64,000 nt of DNA from Gammaproteobacteria bacterium (GCA_015492075.1 WGFU01000037.1:1425-65424); one strand, 5' to 3'. Numbered from the stretch's first letter, positions 12,191 through 21,549 are shown. The notes: generated by a model not told the origin, from the sequence alone. Made by a program: numbers and translations.

Positions 12191-12706
12191 ATGCCTGCCA
12201 ATGATCAAGACCAGCGCCTAATTGTCTTTTTATTAGGCTCGGCATTTTTTTTGTTTATCGGTACTACGCATGGCGTCGTACAGGTCTTGCCCGGAATTAG
12301 AGACTGGCTGGTCTCGGTCGGCACTCCGGTGAGCGGCCCCGGCCATATGATTGACCCCCTGGCCCACGCCCATATCAATCTGGTAGGCGGTATGGTGCTG
12401 ATCGGCATGGCAATGAGCTATTATCTGTTTCCACGCATTGCTGGCTGCCGCATCTGGTCGAGCCGATTGATCAGTCATTCATTTTGGTGGACTGCTGCCG
12501 GCGTAGTCGGGTTCTACAGCACCTTGATGGTATTTGGCATCACTGAAGGCAATTTGATGCGCGCCGGAGAGCTGGAACAACAAGCGGCCGTTCATGCCTA
12601 CTACGGGCTAACCATTAGCGTCCCCGCAACTATTATGGCCATTGGTTTCTGGATGTTTTTTATCAACATCTTTGCTACCGCACGCACCTACTTCAAGAAC
12701 CGCTAA
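12191..12706 (+). CDS. short CcoN-like protein (single ~4-TM repeat of heme-copper oxidase subunit I)
   Basis: AHAHINLVGG...YYLFPRIAGCRIWSSRLISHSFW resembles the CcoN helix X-XI region. Confidence 0.75.
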   Translation: MPANDQDQRLIVFLLGSAFFLFIGTTHGVVQVLPGIRDWLVSVGTPVSGPGHMIDPLAHAHINLVGGMVLIGMAMSYYLFPRIAGCRIWSSRLISHSFWWTAAGVVGFYSTLMVFGITEGNLMRAGELEQQAAVHAYYGLTISVPATIMAIGFWMFFINIFATARTYFKNR

Positions 12707-12718
12707 CACTACATCACC

Positions 12719-13243
12719 ATGATTCTAGACTGCGGCTGCCCCGAACATTACCCAGCGCAATGGGATGGACAAGACGTTAACCTCGGCGGGCACTGCGTTC
12801 ATACTCTATCGATTCTGATGTTGCTGCATATGCCATTGGCCTATGCAAGCTATCTACAGCGCCAAGCCTACGCTATTGCCGATCTCGAATTGAAAGAGCG
12901 CTGGCCCGGTCTAGTGTTGACCAAAACCGGCATGTTCCGCGGCGAAATATTACGCCTGATTGAACCCAGCGATTCGCCATCGCGATTAATCAAATATCTG
13001 CCAGTAGATTTTAATGTTCGCTGCGTTATTCACCAGGGAAGCATGGCTACATTGCGAAACAGCGCGCGCCTGCTGCAACAGAGTTTGTTCGACGAGGGCA
13101 AGCTACCTAAAGAAATGTATCTCTGCCACCTTACCTGCCCCAGATGTGCTGATGACCGCGGCGGCGAAAAGATTCTTCTATTACGCCGCTGGCAGGCCAG
13201 CGCTACACTTCAGCGACGCCTTGATAGAAAAAAACGGTCTTAG
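12719..13243 (+). CDS. conserved hypothetical soluble protein with Cys motifs (possibly GyrI-like fold)
   Basis: N-terminal CGCP..YP..WDG and C-terminal CHLTCPRC; possible metal binding. Confidence 0.55.
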   Translation: MILDCGCPEHYPAQWDGQDVNLGGHCVHTLSILMLLHMPLAYASYLQRQAYAIADLELKERWPGLVLTKTGMFRGEILRLIEPSDSPSRLIKYLPVDFNVRCVIHQGSMATLRNSARLLQQSLFDEGKLPKEMYLCHLTCPRCADDRGGEKILLLRRWQASATLQRRLDRKKRS

Positions 13244-13620
13244 TCATTTTTTAGCCAAGGCAGCTCGAATTTGAGCTCAGTCTGCTGCTTACCACGGCGC
13301 AGATGCACATAGAGATACTTATCCCCCTCTTCGATTTTTACCGCCCGGCGAAAAATACCAATATGGCCATCCTGTACCGACTGCACCCATTCTGCAGATG
13401 GGTTTGCGCGTAAAGAAACGACCAGGCTCGAAGCCGGCCCACCCTTTTTCTTGGTTGCTTTTAACCAAATTTCATTATGGCCTACGCGCACTGGATAGGG
13501 GTGGGTTTCTATTTTGAAAATAATATCATTCCATAGCTGTGCTGGAATACGGGCACGCTCGCCTTTGCTGCAGGCAACGCTAAGTACACATAACAAAACA
13601 ATGAATAATAGTCGACGCAT
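13240..13620 (-). CDS. lipoprotein, FixH/YtkA-like beta-sandwich candidate
   Basis: Lipobox SVAC, P.PVRVG.N motif, beta-rich; last gene of the oxidase accessory operon. Confidence 0.55.
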   Translation of the reverse strand: MRRLLFIVLLCVLSVACSKGERARIPAQLWNDIIFKIETHPYPVRVGHNEIWLKATKKKGGPASSLVVSLRANPSAEWVQSVQDGHIGIFRRAVKIEEGDKYLYVHLRRGKQQTELKFELPWLKND

Positions 13621-13625
13621 TTAAC

Positions 13626-13934
13626 TTATTGATCCTTTGCATTCAGGGTTAAATAGTTAGTAATCTCGCTGAGTTCGGACTCGTTAAGCAAACGCATTGC
13701 CCGTTGTGCCCGGTGTCTTTGCATACGCCAAACAACTGCTTGCCATTGCGCTGCCGTTTTTGTTTCCGGCTTGGGCAGGCCGTGGCAACCACTGCAATAA
13801 CGACTCAAGATAGTGTTTGCCGGTAGTTTCTTCACTGTTACTTTCTTATCAAACGCTGCCGGCTTACTATCACAGCCGACACTTAGCACTATCGCAATAA
13901 AGGCAATCAGACTACGGTTTATCCGGCTCATCAT
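13626..13934 (-). CDS. small monoheme cytochrome c lipoprotein
   Basis: Lipobox SVGC, CSGCH, W..VVWRM axial Met candidate. Confidence 0.8.
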   Translation of the reverse strand: MMSRINRSLIAFIAIVLSVGCDSKPAAFDKKVTVKKLPANTILSRYCSGCHGLPKPETKTAAQWQAVVWRMQRHRAQRAMRLLNESELSEITNYLTLNAKDQ

Positions 13935-14361
13935 CGCCCCGCTTTACCTCTTTGTCAGAGTCTAAACGCCCCCCTGCCTTGGAACCATAAAGACTCAGCA
14001 TAGCGTAAATAAAACCGGCACAGATCGCGATATAGACCAAGGCCAAAGCAAAGCCCCAGTTAAACCATTCACGCTCAAAGCCTTCGCGGTCACCCCAGAA
14101 AGGAAAACTCAAACCGATAGCAAATAACAAGACGGCGATAATTACCGCGACAAACCACTTGGGTATGGATGCCTGAGATTCCGGAATCTTATCAACCATC
14201 TCCCAGTCTTCAAGCCCACGCTTGGCCAGACGCTCTTCTTCCGAGCTATAGCCGTAAAAATCTTCCGCCTCCTGGCCCCATTTGGGTTGGGTCGGAGAGG
14301 AAGCCACATCACTTGTCTTTGAATCAAGGTCTTTAACTTGGTCTGTTTGTTTGGTAGCCAT
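13912..14361 (-). CDS. 2-TM hypothetical membrane protein
   Basis: Acidic N-terminus, IPKWF followed by two TM helices; overlaps both neighbours. Confidence 0.7.
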   Translation of the reverse strand: MATKQTDQVKDLDSKTSDVASSPTQPKWGQEAEDFYGYSSEEERLAKRGLEDWEMVDKIPESQASIPKWFVAVIIAVLLFAIGLSFPFWGDREGFEREWFNWGFALALVYIAICAGFIYAMLSLYGSKAGGRLDSDKEVKRGDDEPDKP

Positions 14362-15668
14362 TATTTTTTTACCGATACATGATTAACACGGAAACTACTT
14401 TGCCAGCCGTCACCAGCCTTTACACGCACCAAAAACGGATAAAAACCTGGTGCCAGCTTATCACTAATAGTGAAATTTACATCTTGTCGCTGTGCAGTAC
14501 TAAATCGTGCAACATCCGCCTCGAGTTGATAACTGTTTTCCGGCAAACCCTCTATCGTTACGGACACTTCACTCGGCCTATAGAGTTTGTGGGCCAGAGA
14601 GACACGATACTCATTTATTTCTCGCCCTTGCGCAGTGCCGGTGTGAGAGACTGAAAACCGATATGGCTCATACGTCACCATGCCCCAGCCAAACATGCCC
14701 AGCCCCAATATCACTAACGGTAATATCCACAACAAGCGCGCACGCAATGCAGTCATCACATTGCGTGGTTCATCCCGGTCTTGCTGGCGCTGCCCCAGCT
14801 CAAATTTAAGCAGGCTAGCGCCTGTTTTACGCGAACCGCGAATATTCTGACAAGCGGCAATGCATTCACCACAATTGACGCAGGCGTCGTAGGTTTGCGT
14901 CTGACGTGGGTCAATCTCGACAAAGCATGCTGTCTGACAAAAATTACAGCGCGCGCATTCTTCTTGCTCCGATGCATCGTAAACAATGTGCAAGGTTTCT
15001 TTTGTTTTAAAAGAATGCTGCCAAACCTTGTAAACACACATAAAGCGGCAAAAGAAATGGCGTAGATATGCAACATCGATAAAAATTATCAATACAAAAA
15101 TACTATAAATATAGTATTCAGAACCGCTCATACGCTCTTCGCTCTGAAAAGTGACAAAATTCCACAACATATCCAGAGGGTAAAAATAAAGCATTGGCAC
15201 TAATGCAACGATCATCGAAAAGCCAAGCAGTATCGCGCCTAAGCCCAGCCAGTTAACAAATTTGTTTTTTCCAGATGACACTTTCATCGGCGCGCCATCA
15301 AGCATAATCTCCGAACGTTTGCCCAGCAAACGTCGGTGCCAATAATTGGCCCACTCCGACAGCGTGTTTTGCGGGCAGCTCCAGCCACAAAAGGCAGTGC
15401 CCACTGCAGAATAAGTGATAATCAGCGCGCTCGACACCATTAACCAAAAACCAATAATAATAAAAAAGTCGCCAAAATCGATCTGCCTACCAAGTATGAC
15501 AAAGGCACCCGCCAGCACATCAATACGAAACACCCCTAACAAGGGTATCAGTATCGCGACTAATACGGTAATCGCCTGTAACCATCGGCGGCGACGATGT
15601 AATTTTTGACCAAGGTTATTATTAACGGTAATAACCGGTATTTGAGAGAGGGTAGATGGTTGGTTCAT
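14361..15668 (-). CDS. ccoG: CcoG/FixG-like membrane polyferredoxin
   Basis: FCGWSCP, FCRFMC, CARCNFCQTAC, CVNCGECIAAC and a C-terminal Ig-like domain. Start set at MNQPS (15668). Confidence 0.8.
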   Translation of the reverse strand: MNQPSTLSQIPVITVNNNLGQKLHRRRRWLQAITVLVAILIPLLGVFRIDVLAGAFVILGRQIDFGDFFIIIGFWLMVSSALIITYSAVGTAFCGWSCPQNTLSEWANYWHRRLLGKRSEIMLDGAPMKVSSGKNKFVNWLGLGAILLGFSMIVALVPMLYFYPLDMLWNFVTFQSEERMSGSEYYIYSIFVLIIFIDVAYLRHFFCRFMCVYKVWQHSFKTKETLHIVYDASEQEECARCNFCQTACFVEIDPRQTQTYDACVNCGECIAACQNIRGSRKTGASLLKFELGQRQQDRDEPRNVMTALRARLLWILPLVILGLGMFGWGMVTYEPYRFSVSHTGTAQGREINEYRVSLAHKLYRPSEVSVTIEGLPENSYQLEADVARFSTAQRQDVNFTISDKLAPGFYPFLVRVKAGDGWQSSFRVNHVSVKK

Positions 15669-15690
15669 AGCTGCTTCGCTTATTCTTGCT

Positions 15691-18300
15691 CTACTCGACC
15701 CGGAAGGGTTCTGATTCATACAATGGACTAATCTGATGTAACTGATCCAAGTATTGACGACTGGCGTTGTCATCTTCCAAACGCTGCGCCAAACGCAACA
15801 AGGCCGCAAGCGTAGGTACATGACCCGGCTTAACGGCCAGAATTCGCATCAAACCGGCTTTCTCTGTTTCAGTCGCGACTGTCATGCCAGACATGGACGC
15901 TAACATTCGGTCTGCCAGTGTACCACTGACCCATTGGTCACGTGGATTCCCGCGGTAGGCGAATTGCAAAAAACGCTGTGCTCGCTCGCTGTCACCACGC
16001 AGTTGCGCCTGCCAACTGCGCATTGATGCATCAACAGACAAATAAGAGCGTTCGAAACTTTGCAGATCAGCATATTCAATAGCAAGTTCCTGCGCTGATT
16101 CCCGTGCCTGCGGCCGCTGTGCCAGCAACCAGGAAATAACTTGCTGTAAATCAATCTCGCCACTGTAGCGCACTCGCGGCAAATGATATTCGATACGCGG
16201 CCGCCATTCGTCTTCGATAATACTTGATGGACTATCGATACGGCCGAAATAACGCCCAAGCCATGTCCAAACTCCTTCCCCTCCGGTCTTGCTTTGATCG
16301 GATTCAATGTTGTTTCTGTTGGCCAGCAGATGGCTAGCGCTGATCGCACCATCCTTGCCGCCTACCATCGCCAACCTAAAACCATCGACAAACAAACTAG
16401 CACCGGGGAAGCTTTGTTGAAAACTCTTGAGCACAATTTGCAACGCCTCCAGGTCAAACTGATTTAGCGCCAACCATTGTACAAACAGACCATTGTCGTT
16501 CAGACGCGCTTTAACCCTCTCAAACTGCTGCGATGACAACAACCGACTGCGGCCAACCATGTCAGGATGAAACAAATCGCCAATGATGACATCGTAATGT
16601 TCATGGTTACGCATCAGGTAGCGACGTGCATCATCACGCACGATACGCGCCTTATTGATCACATCACGATTAAGCGGTGAAAACCATTTTTCGGCCGATT
16701 CGATAACGCCTGCCGATAACTCCACCGCAGTGATATCAACATCAAAATCCAGTGCTGCCGATGCAGATATTCCTGTTCCCAAACCCAGGAACAATACTGT
16801 TTCAGCTTTAGAATGCAATAACAAAGGTAAGCGTGCCTGGTTTCTTTGTGCGACCACCGCTGTTGGCTCTGTCGATGCATCCATACGCTGTAAATCTGAC
16901 AACAGCAGACGCTGACCTTCGTTGGTTTCAACCACATGGGTCATCGCTATCGCATCTTCATGTATAAATAGCGTAGAACGACTGTTCGCATGCGCTTGCG
17001 GTAAAAGCTTGGTTACCGACGGCAAATCAGAAAAAACGGCAAAACTAACCAGCAACACTGGCAAGGCCAGCCATAACCTGCGCCACTGGCACCAACGCAT
17101 ACCTACGACAAACAATGTGAGTGCGGCAACAAGAATAGTCGCCGGAGTACCAATTAATGGCATTAATACAAACCCGGCCAACATAGCGCCAAGACCGGCA
17201 CCCACCGCATTAGCGCCATAGAGCCAAGCGCCGGCACTTGCCGAGTCGGCATACGCTCTCACCAATAATGGTAACCATGCGCCAAGACAAAATGTGACAG
17301 TAACCGTCGCCAGCGCTAATACGGCACCTTGCTTCATGAGTACATTCGGTAGCGAGCTGTATGTCAGCGTCTCCGCCCATGCCGATATCGACGGCAGACT
17401 GATTAATGAAACCACTGCTGCAAACGCCGCCACAAGGGGTAATAGATTCAACCAGATGCGGTGTCGCCCCCATTGGGATAAGGCGCTGCCCAGTGCGGTT
17501 CCGACCAGAAACACGGCAATAATCACTGCCAGCACATATTCGGTTCGTAACAATGCCATACCATAGAGCCGCGCCCATGCAACCTGCAATATCAGCGCCG
17601 CTGCACCAATTAAGGCGTAACTCAATAAATCATTAACTGCTGGCCTCGGCTGGCGATGGCCCGTATCTGTGCTTATCGCTGGCATCGACTGTGATAGCAA
17701 TAGAAACAGTATGCCAACAGCGATGCCCAGGGCGGCGATACTATAAAGGCTGTTAACCCAGCCTATGGCTGGCAATAATAAAACGGGGATCAAAGCGCCA
17801 ACGCCTGCCCCCACAGTGTTCGCTGCGTAGACATGGGCTACCGAAATAGACGATTCTTTTATCGCTGCCAGAATCAGGGGGAAACCCAAGCCTAGGGCGG
17901 TCGCTGGCACTAGCATAAAGAATAGAGCACCGATCACCTCCATGCCATGCCAGGCAGCTAGGCCAAGCTCGCCATAAGAACTGACGAGAACATTAACCCA
18001 GTACTCGTTGAGTGCGGGCAAAATGAGCGCATAGAGCGCCACTGCTATCTCAATACATGCAAATATCAGCAAGGGGTTTTTAAACGGTGCGAGAATTATT
18101 CTGCCTAAAATGCTGCCTAGGCCTAAACCGAGCATAAAGGCACTAACCGTAATCACCACGCCAAAATTGCTTACCCCAAACTGCAAGCTCAGCATCCGCA
18201 TCCAGAGCACTTCGTAAGACAGGGCGGCCAACCCCGACAGTGCATAGAGAGTAAGCAGGCTAATGGCGACTAAGCTTGTGTTTGACCGTATGGTGGTCAT
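15691..18300 (-). CDS. fused multi-TM / spermidine-synthase-like SAM-binding protein
   Basis: LSGLAALSYEVLWMR, repeated Y.AN..GA..G, FLGLGTG, VELS, DDARRYL, YDVIIGD, G.FVQW. Confidence 0.88.
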   Translation of the reverse strand: MTTIRSNTSLVAISLLTLYALSGLAALSYEVLWMRMLSLQFGVSNFGVVITVSAFMLGLGLGSILGRIILAPFKNPLLIFACIEIAVALYALILPALNEYWVNVLVSSYGELGLAAWHGMEVIGALFFMLVPATALGLGFPLILAAIKESSISVAHVYAANTVGAGVGALIPVLLLPAIGWVNSLYSIAALGIAVGILFLLLSQSMPAISTDTGHRQPRPAVNDLLSYALIGAAALILQVAWARLYGMALLRTEYVLAVIIAVFLVGTALGSALSQWGRHRIWLNLLPLVAAFAAVVSLISLPSISAWAETLTYSSLPNVLMKQGAVLALATVTVTFCLGAWLPLLVRAYADSASAGAWLYGANAVGAGLGAMLAGFVLMPLIGTPATILVAALTLFVVGMRWCQWRRLWLALPVLLVSFAVFSDLPSVTKLLPQAHANSRSTLFIHEDAIAMTHVVETNEGQRLLLSDLQRMDASTEPTAVVAQRNQARLPLLLHSKAETVLFLGLGTGISASAALDFDVDITAVELSAGVIESAEKWFSPLNRDVINKARIVRDDARRYLMRNHEHYDVIIGDLFHPDMVGRSRLLSSQQFERVKARLNDNGLFVQWLALNQFDLEALQIVLKSFQQSFPGASLFVDGFRLAMVGGKDGAISASHLLANRNNIESDQSKTGGEGVWTWLGRYFGRIDSPSSIIEDEWRPRIEYHLPRVRYSGEIDLQQVISWLLAQRPQARESAQELAIEYADLQSFERSYLSVDASMRSWQAQLRGDSERAQRFLQFAYRGNPRDQWVSGTLADRMLASMSGMTVATETEKAGLMRILAVKPGHVPTLAALLRLAQRLEDDNASRQYLDQLHQISPLYESEPFRVE

Positions 18301-18309
18301 GGCACTTCT

Positions 18310-18684
18310 CTAAAATGGAAAAAACCAAACTACCGCTGCAATTCCATGTGCCAAGGCCAGGGTCACCGTCAAGCCTGCGCTGATCATATGCCAGACGAAC
18401 ACCTGTTTACCATATATGGCCATGCTAATACCCAGCACTGCTGTCGTCAGCACCAGTATTAACAAACTGCTACCCATAACAAAAAGGATGCTGTGTTTTT
18501 GCTTGATGCTGATCGCTCGTGGGCCGAGATCGATATCCTTGTCGGTAAACTCGCTGATCACATCCATGGCGTTATCGGTGGTTGTCACCGCATCGGTAGA
18601 CGCTACTACGGAGCTACCAAATAGCAGCGCCAGCACAAAGCCCACGGTTAAATAACGGCGACGCAACTGCAATAACATGGTCAT
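18310..18684 (-). CDS. small membrane protein with H-x13-H (possible cytochrome b-like module)
   Basis: Signal peptide plus 2 TM helices; WHMISAGLTVTLALAHG. Confidence 0.65.
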   Translation of the reverse strand: MTMLLQLRRRYLTVGFVLALLFGSSVVASTDAVTTTDNAMDVISEFTDKDIDLGPRAISIKQKHSILFVMGSSLLILVLTTAVLGISMAIYGKQVFVWHMISAGLTVTLALAHGIAAVVWFFPF

Positions 18685-18920
18685 TCAGAATCGGCATCGA
18701 TTTTGTTCTTGCCACTGTAGCGGCGTAAAGCAAAATACCAATACAAGATAGCCAACAGTACAAAAGGGGCCAATACTAAAAAACTGAGAAAAATAAAAAT
18801 CGCCCATGGCGTCTCAATCGTGACGTGAAAAAAACTATAACTGTCGATACCTGCCTGGGCCGAGGCCATTGGCAACAGCAATAACAAAAAAGCATATATG
18901 TTGTGTTTAAAATTAAGCAT
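18681..18920 (-). CDS. small signal-peptide plus single-TM protein
   Basis: AQA cleavage motif, one TM helix, basic tail; ATGA-coupled to the next gene. Confidence 0.7.
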   Translation of the reverse strand: MLNFKHNIYAFLLLLLPMASAQAGIDSYSFFHVTIETPWAIFIFLSFLVLAPFVLLAILYWYFALRRYSGKNKIDADSE

Positions 18921-18922
18921 AA

Positions 18923-19993
18923 TTAACCCTGTTCGCCTGTAATATCCTTAACGCAGCGAAAACCATAAAAATCCGAAGCATAGTGAGGAAACGAGTAATT
19001 ACGATGGTAAGAAGAGGTGGCAAAAGGATCACTTTTAAACGAACCGCCGCGCATCACCACATAGCTTGCTTCAACTTCAACCAAGTCGACAACTTTCAGT
19101 GACTTATCCAGCGATGTCGTTGCCTTGCCTATTTTTGGAATAAAGAGTTCCGCTGGTGCGTCGCTGCCTTGATACGCCTTGAATTCGTCTGCGGTCCATT
19201 CGCTAACATTACCTGCCATATCAAACACCCCATAAGGGCTTGCACCAGCAGGATAGCGCGTGACATCGGTCGCAGAACCAACATTATAGTAAGTATTAAG
19301 GTTGTCAGCGTCCATAATATTGCCCCATGGCCAGCGACGACCGTCGACACCGCGAGCGGCCTTTTCCCACTCCATCTCTCGAGGCAATCTTGCCCCTGCC
19401 CAATCGCAATACGCTGCCGCATCATACCAGGACACCATGGTCACTGGCGCCAACAAATCACCTGGTCGCATGCGACCGCCGTCCCAGTGTAAAGGCGGTC
19501 GATGCCCCGTATCGGCAACGAAGCGCGCATATTCCGCATTCGTCACGGGATACTTTCTAATAAAATAGGTATCAAGCCAGGGCCTATGCTCAGGCTTATC
19601 CTGGTCGTTAGCCAGCTTGCGGTTGGTACCCATAATAAACTCGCCAGCTGGGATCTCTATCCAAGTCCCTAGCTCCGACCAAATATCGTCTTTGAGTAAT
19701 TGCTCAGCTTGCTCAATGCTATAGGTGGTTGCGACCGTGTTTAACGCTTCGTTCTCCCGGTGGCGAGTAATATCTTCGCCGGCCGCACGAATGCGAGATG
19801 CCATTTCAGATAAATCGTAGGTGGCATTGGAGCGCATTTGGTCGATACGACTGCCACCCAACTGAACGATATGATAGAAAGCAAACGCGGTCGCTACCGC
19901 TGCGCAAGTGACCAGGGTTGCAGCCAAATAACTTTTGCGCTTTTTACGCTCAGCAGCGCTGACTTCAGGGCGTTGAGGGAAATGTGCCGACAT
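18923..19993 (-). CDS. membrane-anchored FGE-sulfatase (SUMF1/EgtB/PvdO) domain protein
   Basis: GEFIMG, PVTNAEY, PVTMVSW.DA, RLP.E.EWEKAARG, DMAGNVSEW, RGGSF, GFRC. Confidence 0.92.
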   Translation of the reverse strand: MSAHFPQRPEVSAAERKKRKSYLAATLVTCAAVATAFAFYHIVQLGGSRIDQMRSNATYDLSEMASRIRAAGEDITRHRENEALNTVATTYSIEQAEQLLKDDIWSELGTWIEIPAGEFIMGTNRKLANDQDKPEHRPWLDTYFIRKYPVTNAEYARFVADTGHRPPLHWDGGRMRPGDLLAPVTMVSWYDAAAYCDWAGARLPREMEWEKAARGVDGRRWPWGNIMDADNLNTYYNVGSATDVTRYPAGASPYGVFDMAGNVSEWTADEFKAYQGSDAPAELFIPKIGKATTSLDKSLKVVDLVEVEASYVVMRGGSFKSDPFATSSYHRNYSFPHYASDFYGFRCVKDITGEQG

Positions 19994-19994
19994 G

Positions 19995-20465
19995 CTACTT
20001 GTCCGACTTCAGACTGTCTGGTTCATCCTTATAGACAAGATGACGCGGTAGCCGACCATAGGTTTTTTTTACCCATACCTCGCCCAGGATACCGCCAACC
20101 GCGGCAGACTCAATGGCGACGATGATAATAAACCCCATATAACCAATTGGCAGCAAACGCATATCGTCCGGTATCGCGCTGGTACCAGCCACGGTACTAA
20201 AATATTGATGTAGGTAAACAATAAGGGCTGGAAAATAACACAATACCTTACCACCTAGACCGTAGATAAGAGAAACAATAACACCGGCAACGAAGGGGGT
20301 GAAAACTAAGCCAATGAACAAACTAGGGTGAAAATACGAGGTCAGGTCACCGAACAGTTCCATGCGTACTCCGAATATAAAATTCAGTGCATACATCGCT
20401 GCTGCGCCAGCCGTAATGGCAATCAAGGCCCACTTAACAGCCTCTAATTTATTGCCGATCGCCAT
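19995..20465 (-). CDS. 4-TM hypothetical membrane protein
   Basis: Hydrophobic helices, tight operon spacing; start MAIGNK assumed. Confidence 0.7.
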   Translation of the reverse strand: MAIGNKLEAVKWALIAITAGAAAMYALNFIFGVRMELFGDLTSYFHPSLFIGLVFTPFVAGVIVSLIYGLGGKVLCYFPALIVYLHQYFSTVAGTSAIPDDMRLLPIGYMGFIIIVAIESAAVGGILGEVWVKKTYGRLPRHLVYKDEPDSLKSDK

Positions 20466-20958
20466 CGTTCGGACCAGGCCACTCATTACCGGTTAATTTT
20501 CTGTATTCCAGTTTTTTTAGATCCTCGAGATACCAATCTTCCACCTTCAAGCTAGCCATATAGGCCGCCAGGGTTCGTCTCTCTGACTCTGTCAGATGTG
20601 CATACGAAGGCATACTCCACTCACGCTTTAAGCGACCTTTCAGCATAGTTTGCGGGTTTTCCGAAGAGAAATACTCAAACAACCATTGTTCACTGCGCAA
20701 TGAACCGACACCGTCCAAAATTGGCGCAGGCACAGTCGCCATGATGTTTTTGACCGTCCACAGCGAATGGCATTTTTTACAGTTTTGCGCCTTATAAATT
20801 TTATCGCCGGCACGAGTAAGCTCTTTCGACGCGGTACTGTAAAAGGGAATTGATTTTTCTTGGCTAGGCGTCTCGGAAAAACCAAAATAATTACGCACCA
20901 TCAGCCCGACCACGAAGATGGCCATACCACCCAATATCCATTTTTCACCACGACGCAT
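20449..20958 (-). CDS. membrane-anchored monoheme cytochrome c (CcoO/NorC-like)
   Basis: MRRGEK plus TM helix, CKKCH, APILDGVGS.RS..WL, SMPSY axial Met. Confidence 0.88.
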   Translation of the reverse strand: MRRGEKWILGGMAIFVVGLMVRNYFGFSETPSQEKSIPFYSTASKELTRAGDKIYKAQNCKKCHSLWTVKNIMATVPAPILDGVGSLRSEQWLFEYFSSENPQTMLKGRLKREWSMPSYAHLTESERRTLAAYMASLKVEDWYLEDLKKLEYRKLTGNEWPGPNDGDRQ

Positions 20959-21255
20959 ATTGACTACCCGTTTATATACTGAGACGATGACCACCAATAC
21001 CGAGTAATCGCGATGTGCGCGCTCTGTATTCGCGAGTCAGCAAGAGTACTTGGGGCATACTCGGTGCTTGGAGAATCGCTCCTAGTCGATTCGAATTAGA
21101 GTGCTCACCTAATAACATGCTATTAATTTTTGCTCACGTGGGGGGCACGTAGAGAGCGCATAGCCCGCCTTCCATTCGCACTTCAACTTGCCTCCACCAG
21201 CCCCTGTGATTGGATTGACCAAAAACGCTGCAATCTAACTTGCCTCGCCAAAAGC

Positions 21256-21540
21256 TCAAGAACCTTGCTCTGCACTGCGCGCCGCCCTTTGCTTAGCCAA
21301 TACTTCGGCACGACGCTTTTCTTGTGCTGCATTAACTGCTTGCGATTTGGCAAACTCCTCTGGACTCATCTTATCCCGGTCTTTTTCATCGAATACGAGA
21401 TATTTGATATCTTCATCAAACTGCTCATTTTTATACGCCCATCGAATACCGTAGATAGCAGCAATAATAATACCGCCTGCCGCGACCATCCACAGATAGA
21501 TTGTCCACCCATCAGGTAAGGCTTGCATGAATTCAGTCAT
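21256..21540 (-). CDS. ccoS: CcoS/FixS-like cbb3 oxidase maturation protein
   Basis: Single TM followed by WAYKNEQFDED, matching the WA...gQFDD signature; GGAG RBS. Confidence 0.7.
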   Translation of the reverse strand: MTEFMQALPDGWTIYLWMVAAGGIIIAAIYGIRWAYKNEQFDEDIKYLVFDEKDRDKMSPEEFAKSQAVNAAQEKRRAEVLAKQRAARSAEQGS

Positions 21541-21549
21541 CGGTCTCTC

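Noticed and set aside
15669..15821. Long N-terminal extension of the CcoG-like ORF
   Set aside because: It overlaps the upstream gene by over 100 nt; ATG 15668 fits better. Similar over-extended starts were trimmed for hemW, lptB, mutM, the c4 gene and the thioredoxin lipoprotein.
15691..18300. Bona fide spermidine synthase speE
   Set aside because: Lacks the GGGDG and D..DP motifs and is fused to a large membrane domain.
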